Positions 1-9,820 of a stretch of 64,000 nucleotides of DNA are shown one piece after another (the first letter of the stretch is position 1; every line of letters starts with the position of its first letter). The position numbers and the translations under genes were made by a program. The notes beneath the pieces are model-generated. The model saw only the letters and a list, made by a program, of their open reading frames with translations, made no database searches and was not told the DNA's origin. Source of the stretch: an uncultured Chloroflexia bacterium (lineage in GTDB: Bacteria; Chloroflexota; Anaerolineae; B4-G1; SLSP01); the NCBI GenBank assembly GCA_963751345.1, contig CAVVUS010000022.1, forward strand, positions 162,970-226,969. The letters run 5' to 3'.

Positions 1-1
1 A

Positions 2-1282
2 ACCGTACCCGAGAAGTGGCGCTGGTTCCCGGAGAGCCGCTATGGGCTTTTCCTCCACTGGGGACCGTATGCTGCCTACGGACGAGGTGAACAGGTGCTC
101 TTCCGCGAGCATCTGGATCCCCGTGAATATGAGCAACGGGCGTGCTCCTGGGACCCGGCACATTACGATCCGAGGCTCTGGGCCGAGACGGCCAAGCAAG
201 CCGGGTTTCGATATGCCGTCCTGACCACGCGGCACCACGATGGATACTGCCTGTGGAACACATCCACGACGACCTACTCCAGCGCCGCGCAGGCACCCAA
301 ACGCGATTTCGTCGCGGAGTTCGTCGAGGCGTTCCGCGATGCAGGACTGCACGTTGGTCTCTACTACTCGCTGATCGACTGGCGGATTCCCGCCTGGTTC
401 GAGGGACCCGAGGTGGATCCCGCGGCCTGGGCCACGATGCGCGACTACATCCATACCCAGGTCGAGGAGTTGCTGACCAACTACGGTGCCATCGACCTCT
501 TCTGGTTCGATGGTGTCTGGCCTCGGACCCGTGAGGACCTGGCAGCCGACAACCTGGTCGCACGGATGCGATCACTGCAGCCCGATCTCCTCATCAACAA
601 CCGCCTCGGCGGACACGAGACCGGCGACATCGGCACCCCCGAACACCAGATCCAGGCCGAGGATCGCCTTTGGGAATCGTGCCAGGTCTCCACGTGGCGG
701 CTCTGGGGTTACACTCACGGCGAGCGTTGGCGTTCCGCGGACAAGCTACTCGATATGCTCTGCGAGTGCGCGAGCAAAGGGGGAAACCTGTTGCTCAACG
801 TCGGCCCCCAAGCCGACGGACAGCTCCCACCTGAATTCGTCACCCGCGCCCTCGACATCGGTCGCTGGCTCGACATCCATGGCGAAGCCATCTACGGCAA
901 CGATGGCGGCGACGTGACGGAGTTCATCACGCGGGGGTGGCAGACCACAAAGGACAATGACCTGTTCCTCATTTTCCGCTTCTGGGACGGCTGCCCCACG
1001 CTGCGTCTCGCGGACCTTGTCACGCCGGTGGAACGTGTTGAGCTGCTCACAACGGGCCAATTGCTCCCCTTCGAGCAAAAGGGCGAAGAACTCTTCATCT
1101 ACAGGCTGCCCTGCATCCCGCCGGCCCAGCTTTTCCCCGTGATCAAGATCACGTGCGCGGGCAAGCCAGAGGCCAACCAGTGGGGCACAGAGCGTCTCTG
1201 GGGCGGAGATCCGCAGCGAGTCGCGGATTGGGCACGTAAGAGGGCGGTCAGCGACTGGCAATCAGCCATCAGCAAGGAGTAG
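2..1282 (+). CDS. Alpha-L-fucosidase (GH29), 5' end outside window
   Basis: Frame is open from position 2 (WFPESRYGLFLHWG). Motifs VLTTRHHDGYCLW, GLYYSLIDW, FWFDG (nucleophile), GGNLLLNVGP. Confidence 0.9.
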   Translation, partial: TVPEKWRWFPESRYGLFLHWGPYAAYGRGEQVLFREHLDPREYEQRACSWDPAHYDPRLWAETAKQAGFRYAVLTTRHHDGYCLWNTSTTTYSSAAQAPKRDFVAEFVEAFRDAGLHVGLYYSLIDWRIPAWFEGPEVDPAAWATMRDYIHTQVEELLTNYGAIDLFWFDGVWPRTREDLAADNLVARMRSLQPDLLINNRLGGHETGDIGTPEHQIQAEDRLWESCQVSTWRLWGYTHGERWRSADKLLDMLCECASKGGNLLLNVGPQADGQLPPEFVTRALDIGRWLDIHGEAIYGNDGGDVTEFITRGWQTTKDNDLFLIFRFWDGCPTLRLADLVTPVERVELLTTGQLLPFEQKGEELFIYRLPCIPPAQLFPVIKITCAGKPEANQWGTERLWGGDPQRVADWARKRAVSDWQSAISKE

Positions 1283-1376
1283 AAGAGGTAGGAAGTAAGG
1301 TTGCTCGTGACCCGTTGCCGCTCACTCGTCACATCCGGTCACCGCGTCATCTCGTCACTATACGAAAGGATCTCAA

Positions 1377-2132
1377 ATGTCACGCATACCTATTGCTTTA
1401 CAGCTCTATTCCGTCCGTGAGGACTGCCAGGCCGACTTCCCCGCGACGCTGAAGGCGGTCGCCGACATGGGATACGAGGGCGTCGACTTCGCCGGCTACT
1501 ACGGCTACGATGCCGCGGCTATTCGCAAGATGCTTGATGACCTGGGCCTCGGCGTCGCCGGCTGTCACACCGGCATCGACACACTCACGGGCGACGAGTT
1601 GGCCAAGACCGTTGAGTTCAACCATATCCTCGGGAACAAGTACCTGATCGTGCCCTCGATTCCTGACGCGTACCGCGACTCGGTCGATGCCTGGAAGCGG
1701 ACCGCCGACCTTCTCAACGGGATCGCAGCCAAGCTCGAGCCCGAGGGCATGGTCACCGGTTACCATAACCACTTCGTGGAGTTCACGCCCTACGAGAACG
1801 GACAGAGCGGCTGGGACGTTCTCGCCAGCAACACCGGTAAGGGCGTCGTGCTGCAGATCGACATCGGCAACGCGCTCCACGGCGGCGGCGATCCCATCGC
1901 CTGCCTCAAGCGCTATCCCAAACGCGCCACCACCATCCACCTCAAGGCGTACGCTGCCGATAAGGATGCGGTCGTGATCGGTGAGGACGATGTGGATTGG
2001 CAGGAGGTCTTCGACATCGTGGAGGGCCAGGGCGTCACCGACTGGTACATTGTCGAGCAGGAGACCTACCCCTACCCGCCGCAGGAGTCCGCCAGGCGTT
2101 CGCTTCAAGCACTCAAGGCGATGGGGAAATAA
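1377..2132 (+). CDS. Sugar phosphate isomerase/epimerase (xylose isomerase-like TIM barrel)
   Basis: ALQLYSVR start, YHNH, QIDIGN, IHLK, IVEQE metal-site motifs; AAGGA RBS. Confidence 0.85.
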   Translation: MSRIPIALQLYSVREDCQADFPATLKAVADMGYEGVDFAGYYGYDAAAIRKMLDDLGLGVAGCHTGIDTLTGDELAKTVEFNHILGNKYLIVPSIPDAYRDSVDAWKRTADLLNGIAAKLEPEGMVTGYHNHFVEFTPYENGQSGWDVLASNTGKGVVLQIDIGNALHGGGDPIACLKRYPKRATTIHLKAYAADKDAVVIGEDDVDWQEVFDIVEGQGVTDWYIVEQETYPYPPQESARRSLQALKAMGK

Positions 2133-2143
2133 GACGCGTTGGC

Positions 2144-2195
2144 ACGTTAGCACGTTTGAACGTGGCAACGTTACAACGTTCAAACGTGCTAACGT
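2144..2195. repeat. Perfect 20-bp inverted repeat built from 8-bp ACGT-core units
   Basis: ACGTTAGCACGTTTGAACGT (2144-2163) pairs with ACGTTCAAACGTGCTAACGT (2176-2195). ACGT recurs every 8 bp, seven times. Confidence 0.85.
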
Positions 2196-2208
2196 CGGAA
2201 ATCCGACT

Positions 2209-3867
2209 ATGCCCAAGACATTCCGAAATCCGATCCTGCCGGGGTTCTACCCCGACCCCTCCATCTGCCGGGTGGGCGAGGACTTCTTCCTGATCACGTC
2301 GACGTTCGAGTACTTCCCCGGGCTGCCGGTCTTTCACAGCCAGGACTTGGTGCGTTGGCACCAGATCGGCCACGTACTCGACCGGCCGGGACAACTCAAC
2401 CTGGACGGCATCCGGCCGTCCGGCGGGCTCTACGCCCCTACGATCCGCCACCACGACGGCACCTTCTACGTCATCAACACGCTTGTGGACGGCACGGACC
2501 GCGCAGGAAACTTCATTGTCACCTCCACGGATCCTGCCGGGTCGTGGAGCGATCCCCATTGGCTGGCAGATGCTCCGGGGATCGACCCATCGCTGTTTTT
2601 CGACGATGACGGCCGTGTCTGGTATGTCGGCAACCGCCACGCGTTCGAGGGTCGCTATCCCGGACACTGCGAGATCTGGCTGCAGGAGCTGGATCTGGAG
2701 GCAATGCAGCTCGTGGGCGAGCGGTACGTCCTCTGGGACGGGGCGGTCAAGGGCGCCGTCTATGCCGAGGCACCCCATCTCTACAAGATCGATGGGCGCT
2801 ACTATCTGATGATCGCCGAGGGCGGCACGGAGCACAACCACGCGGTGACCATCGCCCGCAGCGAGGCGGTCACCGGACCGTACACGGGCAATCCGCGCAA
2901 TCCCATCCTTACGCATCGCCACCTGGGGCTTGACTACCCCATCGTTGGCACAGGACACGCCGACCTTGTGGAGACCCAGTACGGGGAATGGTGGATGGTG
3001 GCGTTAGCCATGCGTCCCTACGACGGCTACTACTACAACCTGGGCCGCGAGACGTTTCTGACACCGGTGCGCTGGGAGGACGGATGGCCCATCGTCTCTC
3101 CAGGCACCGGACGCATCGAGGCCGAGTACACCGTGCCCAATCTACCGGGCCACGCGGGCGCCGTACCCGAGGAGGCGCCGGAGTCGACCTGGCGCGATGA
3201 CTTCGACGATCCGGTCCTGGCCCTCGAGTGGAACTTTCTGCGGACGCCGCGGGAGCCCTTATGGAGCCTTCAGGAGCGACCCGGTCACCTGCGCCTCTGT
3301 CTGCGGCCCCAGCAGTTGGCCGAGCGGGACAACCCCACCTTCCTGGGACGGCGTCAGCAGCACCGGGACTTCGTCGCGCAGGCCGCTATGGATTTCGCGC
3401 CCGCTGCCTCAAACGAGTGCGCGGGACTGGCCTTGATCCAGAACAATGACTATCACTTCAGGTTCGTCTGCAGGCAGGATGAAGAGGGGCTGCGGGTCGT
3501 ACGTCTGATCAAGCGCCTCAGCGGCGTCGAGACGATCCTGGGCGAGAAGGCCGTGGCCGACGGGCGGCTCTATCTCGAGGTGGTGGCCAATGGGCAGGAC
3601 TACAATTTCTACGCCGGCACGACACCCCCACCCCAGCCCTCCCCCACCGGGGGAGGGAATCTTCTCCCGCCCCCTCCGGGGCAGGCCGTCGCCAGTCCGC
3701 CGGCGCCGGGAGGAGGAGTGGTTGCGGAGCACGTCGACGGGCGCCTGCTCAGCACCCCCATCGCCGGTGGCTTTACCGGCGCCTACATCGGAATGTACGC
3801 CAGCAGCAACGGAGCCCCCAGCGAAGCCGTCGCCGACTTCGACTGGTTTGAGTACCGGGGCACCTAA
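2209..3867 (+). CDS. GH43 beta-xylosidase/arabinofuranosidase with C-terminal beta-sandwich
   Basis: NPILPGFYPDPSI, YAPTI, IDPSLF, AEAPH, GHADLV, LGRETFL, GGFTGAYIGMYA. Confidence 0.92.
   Translation: MPKTFRNPILPGFYPDPSICRVGEDFFLITSTFEYFPGLPVFHSQDLVRWHQIGHVLDRPGQLNLDGIRPSGGLYAPTIRHHDGTFYVINTLVDGTDRAGNFIVTSTDPAGSWSDPHWLADAPGIDPSLFFDDDGRVWYVGNRHAFEGRYPGHCEIWLQELDLEAMQLVGERYVLWDGAVKGAVYAEAPHLYKIDGRYYLMIAEGGTEHNHAVTIARSEAVTGPYTGNPRNPILTHRHLGLDYPIVGTGHADLVETQYGEWWMVALAMRPYDGYYYNLGRETFLTPVRWEDGWPIVSPGTGRIEAEYTVPNLPGHAGAVPEEAPESTWRDDFDDPVLALEWNFLRTPREPLWSLQERPGHLRLCLRPQQLAERDNPTFLGRRQQHRDFVAQAAMDFAPAASNECAGLALIQNNDYHFRFVCRQDEEGLRVVRLIKRLSGVETILGEKAVADGRLYLEVVANGQDYNFYAGTTPPPQPSPTGGGNLLPPPPGQAVASPPAPGGGVVAEHVDGRLLSTPIAGGFTGAYIGMYASSNGAPSEAVADFDWFEYRGT
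3625..3716. repeat. C/G-rich palindromic (REP-like) element inserted in frame in GH43
   Basis: Hairpin CCCTCCCCC-ACC-GGGGGAGGG (3637-3657) plus a degenerate second half; encodes PPPQPSPTGGGNLLPPPPG...GGG. Confidence 0.65.
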
Positions 3868-4586
3868 GGTGTGCGATCGAAGAGCTGCGTGCGGAAGTCG
3901 ATCAACATGTCCCGCATCAGCCTGATCGATGCCGTGAGCTGCGGCTGATCCTCGAGCGGGAACGTGATATCGATCGGCATGTGGACCGGCACCTCAACGT
4001 TGAACGGGAAATCCATCTGCACCGGCACGGTCACCGTCGTGCTCACGTCGACCGCGGTATCCACGTAGACGGTGGTGTTGATGGGAACCCGGAAGGTCTG
4101 AGGCCCGAGTATGCCCAGGTTGACGACGACAGGCACGACCCCCTGGAAGGGCACGTTGCCCTGGAACGGCACCGTCCCCGAGAAAGGAAACGCGATCGTC
4201 TGGCTGATGGGCATGGTCCCGGAATAGGCGATCGTGTCGGAGAAGACGTAGTTGAAGTCGATGTTCCCAAAGGTGAAGTTGTCCAGCGCCGCGATGGACT
4301 GATCCATAATGTCGCGTCCCACAGCTTGCGTCGCGAGCAGTTCTCGGACCAGCAGCGCATTCACCGCCAGGGAGAGCGCTGCCAACAGCAGCGCGGCGAT
4401 GGCCACAACCGCCAGCACCCATCGAAAGCGACCTGCACGCCTTTCGCGAGGTTCACTCTCTGCGGTGTCCGTGACTGACGGGGCCAGGGAGCTCTCCTTT
4501 CTTGCCACATTCTGCGTGGGAGGAAAGGGTCTCCTACGAGCCGGGGAATCCTGAACCTCGTTTGACGGCGATTGGGTCTCGTCCAT
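3864..4586 (-). CDS. Hypothetical single-pass membrane protein with repetitive beta-rich ectodomain
   Basis: S/T-rich N-terminus, TM segment WVLAVVAIAALLLAALSLAVNALLV, then VPFQG/TIxFP-type repeats; GGAGAG RBS. Confidence 0.75.
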   Translation of the reverse strand: MDETQSPSNEVQDSPARRRPFPPTQNVARKESSLAPSVTDTAESEPRERRAGRFRWVLAVVAIAALLLAALSLAVNALLVRELLATQAVGRDIMDQSIAALDNFTFGNIDFNYVFSDTIAYSGTMPISQTIAFPFSGTVPFQGNVPFQGVVPVVVNLGILGPQTFRVPINTTVYVDTAVDVSTTVTVPVQMDFPFNVEVPVHMPIDITFPLEDQPQLTASIRLMRDMLIDFRTQLFDRTP

Positions 4587-4658
4587 AGCGATAGCTCTCC
4601 TATAACATACGTAAGCCGCGAATCCAAGACCTTCCCGAAAGCGAAGACGCCGGCACTC

Positions 4659-6005
4659 TCAGTCCTCCGGTGACTGCCGCAAGGGAGTCCGGCGAGCGGC
4701 TGCCCCGGAGCGGCGATTCCACTCCAATGCGATGAGGGTGGCCAACGGACTGTGCGTGTGGCGCCACGTCTGCCGGGCGCGGCGTAACAGCGCGCCCGGG
4801 CGGTTGAGCCGCGAGATGAGACGCCGAGCGCCTTCCTGGAGCTCTCGCGGCGTCATCTGGGCAGGCCGAAAGCAGACGGTGTCCTGGGTATAGACTGCGT
4901 AGTCCTCGGGGAAGTCCGTATAGAGCAACCGCCCCTCGGCAGCCAGCCGCTCCCATAGATCCGTGCCTGGCGTCGGCGCCAGGATGTTGATCAACGCGCA
5001 GTCAATCTGAGTCTCCAGAATGAACTGCTCAAGTTGCCCGAAAACGTCGGGGGTATCGTCGTCCAGCCCGACAATGAAGCTCCCGTAGACGCTCAACCCG
5101 TGCCGGTGCAGGTTCGCCAGTCGCCGGCGATAGCCCTCAGCATTCGTCTCGAGCAGGTTGGGCTTCCCCATATGCGACAGCGCCTCAGCGTTCAGCGATT
5201 CCAGACCGACGAAGACGTAGATGCAGCCGGCCCGTTTCAGCCATACTAACAGCTCATCTCGATCGGCGAGCGTCAGCGCGCCCTGGACTGCCAGTGGCCG
5301 CCGGACACCCCGGGACACCATCTCGCGACACAGCTCGATCACGCGATTGGGGGACTGGGTCAGGTTGTCATCGGCCAGAAAGACGAGCTTTCTCGGGCTC
5401 AGGGTTTCCAGCTCGTCGACCACCTCGCTCACGGGGCGAACCCGGTATCGCTGGTCATAGAAACGCCAGATCGAGCAGAATTCACAGTGCCCACCACATC
5501 CCTTGGAGGTGATGGCAACTTGGGCAAAGTAGCCCCCCGGATAGACATCGCGACGCGGTCTCAGCAAGGTGTCGAGGCTGCCAAAGCCGCCCTCGTACCG
5601 CGGCTGCAGCGCGCCGGATTCGAAGTCCGATAGCACCCGGGGCCATACACCCTCAGCCTCGCCGACCACCACGCTATCCACGTACCGGCCCGCCTCTTCG
5701 GGCAGTGCCGACGCGTGGACGCCACCGATGACCACAGCCGCACCCGCAGCGCGATACCGCTCTGCCAACGCGTAAGCGCGAGGCGCGTTCGGTGTGAGCG
5801 CCGTCAGTCCCACGACGTCGGGGCTCCACGCAAGCCCGTCCTCGACACGTAAGTTCTCGTCGATGATCCTGATCTCCCACGAAGGGGGCGTGAGCGCTGC
5901 CACGTATCCCAGGTTGAGCGGCGGGATCGGGAACTGCGCCGGCCCGCGATGGACACGCCCATCGACCATGTGAGCGGGGTTGATCAGCAGCAAACGATGT
6001 GTCAC
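4659..6005 (-). CDS. Cobalamin-binding (class B) radical SAM protein
   Basis: PPLNLGYVAA and GGVHAS (B12 domain), KGCGGHCEFC (CxxxCxxC), DDNL, GLES, SFIVGLD. GTG start overlaps the upstream TAG (TAGTG). Confidence 0.9.
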   Translation of the reverse strand: MTHRLLLINPAHMVDGRVHRGPAQFPIPPLNLGYVAALTPPSWEIRIIDENLRVEDGLAWSPDVVGLTALTPNAPRAYALAERYRAAGAAVVIGGVHASALPEEAGRYVDSVVVGEAEGVWPRVLSDFESGALQPRYEGGFGSLDTLLRPRRDVYPGGYFAQVAITSKGCGGHCEFCSIWRFYDQRYRVRPVSEVVDELETLSPRKLVFLADDNLTQSPNRVIELCREMVSRGVRRPLAVQGALTLADRDELLVWLKRAGCIYVFVGLESLNAEALSHMGKPNLLETNAEGYRRRLANLHRHGLSVYGSFIVGLDDDTPDVFGQLEQFILETQIDCALINILAPTPGTDLWERLAAEGRLLYTDFPEDYAVYTQDTVCFRPAQMTPRELQEGARRLISRLNRPGALLRRARQTWRHTHSPLATLIALEWNRRSGAAARRTPLRQSPED

Positions 6006-9000
6006 TAGACGACGTCCTTGCGCTTCTGGAAGACGAGGATCGCACCCAGCAGCACCACGTCGATCACGCCCATGTTCACCCAATCTCCGATCACGCTGGA
6101 GCCATAGATGAAGTTGAACTTCTCCCAGAAGCTCTTGAGCATGCCCTCTGCGCCGCTGATCGCACGCTGGCGATCTTCCTGCGAGGTCTGGTAGACGTCC
6201 ATCTGGTCTTGCCAGCCGGTCATGTCATTCGACCAGGTATCCATACACGTCTGGACCTCATCGCCCGATGCGGAGGCAGAGGTAGTGCACTCGTTCAACC
6301 CGCTGCAGGCATCGCTGAGTCCGGACCACATATCCCTGAGACCACCTTCGCACTGGTTGAGGCCGTCCTGATAGCCGACCAAGGCCTGCCGGAATGTCTC
6401 ACACTGCTGGACCGCCGTCTGTGCGCTGGTCCGGGAGCACTCCTGGTTGGGATCGAACGGGAGTGGATCGTGCTGGCTGGGCTCCGGCTTCGGCGGCACC
6501 TCACACGTAGCCGCTGCGGCCTCTCCGGTGTCGTTGAAGCACGCGTCAGGGCTGGGCATATCAGGCGCCACGGGCTCTTCGGCCAGGACCTCCCACGTGC
6601 TGGACGACTTGACGGCATCCAGGACACCATTCTCCAGATCCTTGTTGTTGCTGTAGGTGGTACCCTCGAAGGTGCGACCCTCAGGCTTGTCCAGCCCAAA
6701 GAACTCCGGGTTCAGCATGCCGGGGAAGTCACTGCATCGGCTGAACATATTCGGGCCCATACAGCTACAGTTCGCCACCTTCTCTTCGTTCGACGCCTGG
6801 AGCCACTCATTCCAGCCAAGGTCTGGCCCATCGATCGTGCGTTCCGTAGGCCAGCATGCATCGCCGGCAAGCTGTTCGCCCGTCCCGGAGAGCCGGACGA
6901 AAGCCCCAAAGGCCCAGCGAGTCGTCGCCACCACACTGATGACCCGCCCGCCGGGAATCAGGTCCAGCGGCATCAACGCACCCGCAAAGAGGAATTGCGG
7001 GACCAGCACCAAGATCACCATCAGCAGAGCCACCATCTGGTTGGGCGAACCTGCCGAGATGGCCAGCCCCATCAGGTAGCCGGAGAGCGAGCCGATGAAG
7101 AGCGTGATAAAGACGGCGATCCACGTGTCGAAGCTCAGGAAGGGCGGCGCAAAGCCAACAAAGATCCACTTTGCCACCAGGAAGACGATCGCCTGGTAGA
7201 ACGCCAGAACCAAGCCCACCCATAGCTTCGAGAGGACGTAGGGCGCGATCTTGAGCGCAATCGCCCGCTCGCGTCTGTAGATATCGACCTCTTTGACGAT
7301 CTCGCGGACGCTGGCCATTGCGCCCACCAGAATAGAGATCAGTCCCATCATGAAGAGCATCGTCACGATGTTGAAGGCATCTCCCAGGGGAGAGCTAAAA
7401 AGCTGGCGACCCCACATAAAGTCCGCCAAGCCGATAACCGGCGATAGTGCCAGCATCAGGGCCAGGCTGGCCTTATCCTGGGTCATGATGTTCAGGTTGC
7501 GTGCCGAGAGGATGAGGAACTGCCGCAGCGCCGAGACACGCTTGACAGGCTTCTGCCGCTGGACGGCGCGCTGCTCTCGTCCGACATCCGCCTGGTCGTG
7601 CTGGATGCGGTCGACCACGTACTTACGATACGCGGCAGAGCCGCGGAAGCGATCGTCCCACTCCTGGGGTTCGCCGCGCTGCTCGTCCTCCAGGATCGTA
7701 TAGATATCATCGAACTCGATGTCCTTGATGCGGCGCTCGTACTCGGTCCTGTATTCATCGAAGTAGACGAGCGCTTCCTCCGGCGGGCCAAACCAGGCAA
7801 TACGGCCACCCCGCACAAGGATGATGACCTTATCGCACATCATGACGTTCTTTGTCGCGTGAGTAATCAGCATGATGGTGCGGCCCTGATCGGCCAGCTT
7901 GCGCAGCAGGCGCATCATGTTGTATTCCGTGCCCGGGTCCAGGCCGGAGGTCGGCTCATCCAGGAAGAAGAGCCGTGGCTTCGTCAGCAGCTCCACGCCG
8001 ATGGAAACACGCTTCAACTGACCGCCCGACAGCTTATGGATGGGCAGGTCCTTGCGCTCATCCAGATCCAGATCGCTCAGGACCTGCATGATACGCTGAT
8101 GACGTTCCTCCAATGTCGTGTCTGCAGGCATCCGGAGCTGCGCGGCATAGTCGAGCGCCTTGTAGACGGTGAGCTCCATGTGAACGATATCTTTCTGCGG
8201 CACGTAGCCCATATCGTTCCGGAACATGTCGAAATTCTCGTAGAGGTTCGTGCCGTTGGCCAGGACCGTCCCGTGGGTCGCGGGGCGGAAACCATTGATC
8301 GCGTCCATCAGCGTCGATTTGCCGGCACCGGACAGGCCGACCAGCGCCACGAACTCCAGCGGCTGGATCGACAGCGAGATATCCTTCAGCAGGTTGAGAT
8401 CCTTGGTCACCCACTTGTTCAGGCGGATCACATCGAGGCTCACGCCCTCTTCGGCAAGTTGTTGCACCTGGCCGGCAGCCAAACGCAGCTTGACGGGTCC
8501 GATGCGGATCTCGTCGCCATCCTGCAACCAGGCCTCTTCATCAATCCGCTGCCCATTGACGAAAACGCCATTCGAGCTCTTGAGATCCTTGATGCGGCGG
8601 CGCGTCCCCAGCCGCTCGATCAGCGCGTGGTAGCGACTGACCATCGGATGATCGAGCGTGATGGTGTTGTCGGGCGCACGCCCGATGGTGACCGTCTCCG
8701 CGGTCTCCATCGACAGCATCCGCGTGACGCCGCGCGGGCGCTCGGCACCGGCCGGCCCGGCTGCAGCGCGGGGACCCACCGGACGGAAAACGACGGGCGG
8801 CGTCGGCTGAATGCGCACCTGGGGTGCGACCGCAGCCGGGGCCGGTGCCTGGGCCGAGATCGGCCGCACGCCCAGGGCGAACTCGTGGAGCTGGATCATG
8901 TCACCGGGCCGCAGGGATTCCGCCCTGCGAGGAGCCAGGGGCTGCCCGTTCAGCCGCGTGCCGTTGAGCGACCCGAGGTCCATCACGGTCATCTGCCCGC

Positions 9001-9618
9001 CGGCACCTACCGTGAGCTCAAGGTGATGTCCGGAGACCATAGGGCTGTCGAGGATAACGTCATTATCGTCCGCCCGACCCAGCGAGGTCGTGGACTTGAG
9101 CAGCGGATACTCGCCTTGCGAGCCGTCGACAAGGCGCACCTGGAGCACGGCAAGCGGGCGGCGGCTCGTCTCGCGGTCCGGAATCAGCGTACACCGGGCC
9201 CGGTGGGCGTTGAGGTGGCGGTGCCTGGGCGGGCGGTGACTGAGCAAGCCCACCCGCGTCCATCACTGTCTTCCCCTGTGGCTGTACCCGCTGCGGTGAC
9301 AGGGGGCTGCGCGCCTGTGCCGGGGACGATCGTGATCGCGTAAGGGCCCACCGTCAATGTGTCGCCCACGTTAAGGGCGCGCCACGCCTGAGGCGGAAGC
9401 CGCTGCGCGTTCAGGTAGGTACCGTTCGTGGAGCCAACGTCGCTGACACGGTATCCCTCAGCTGTGGCGATCAGGCGAGCGTGATGCCCGGAGACCGACG
9501 GATCCGGCAGCACCACGTCGTTGTCGGGAGCACGACCCACTGTCACCTCAGGCCGGGTGGGGACAAACTCAGTGGTACCTTGGGCAGAATGTATGCGCAA
9601 CATCAACTGTGCACTCAT
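6005..9618 (-). CDS. FHA-domain ABC exporter (Rv1747-like; 3 FHA + NBD + ABC2 TMD), frameshift near 9190-9250
   Basis: Three FHA motifs (GRAPDN..VSGHHA..GSTNGT; GRADDN..VSGHH..GSLNGT; GRAPDN..VSRYHA..SSNGV), Walker A GLSGAGKST, LSGGQ, LDEPTSGLD, TMD. First FHA lies in ORF 9184-9618 with GAGGAG RBS. Confidence 0.9.
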
Positions 9619-9664
9619 CGCACGATTCTCCTCTCGCTGAGGGCTGCGGTGTGGATCACGCCCC

Positions 9665-9692
9665 AGTATAGGAAGGCTTGTATACGCGTCAA
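9665..9692 (-). promoter_or_regulatory. Putative sigma70 promoter of FHA-ABC operon
   Basis: TTGACG-N16-TATACT on the minus strand, about 45 bp upstream of the ATG. Confidence 0.55.
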
Positions 9693-9820
9693 GCGCTCGC
9701 TCGCCTGCTCGGGCGTTTGACGAGCGAGGTCGACTGAGTATCCTGGACACAGGACCTCGAAGCACTGCGGGTCCGCACGAATCCCGTCCACCACTAGCTG
9801 ACTCGAAGGAAGGAGAGCTG

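Noticed and set aside
2136-2195. CRISPR-like array
   Set aside because: Units are 8 bp with no unique spacers and no cas genes are present. The same applies to the heptamer arrays.
7598-9343. Long antisense ORFs (also 9866-11143, 31695-32963, 39736-40890, 46107-47600)
   Set aside because: Shadow frames of well-supported genes in high-GC DNA, with no recognisable motifs.
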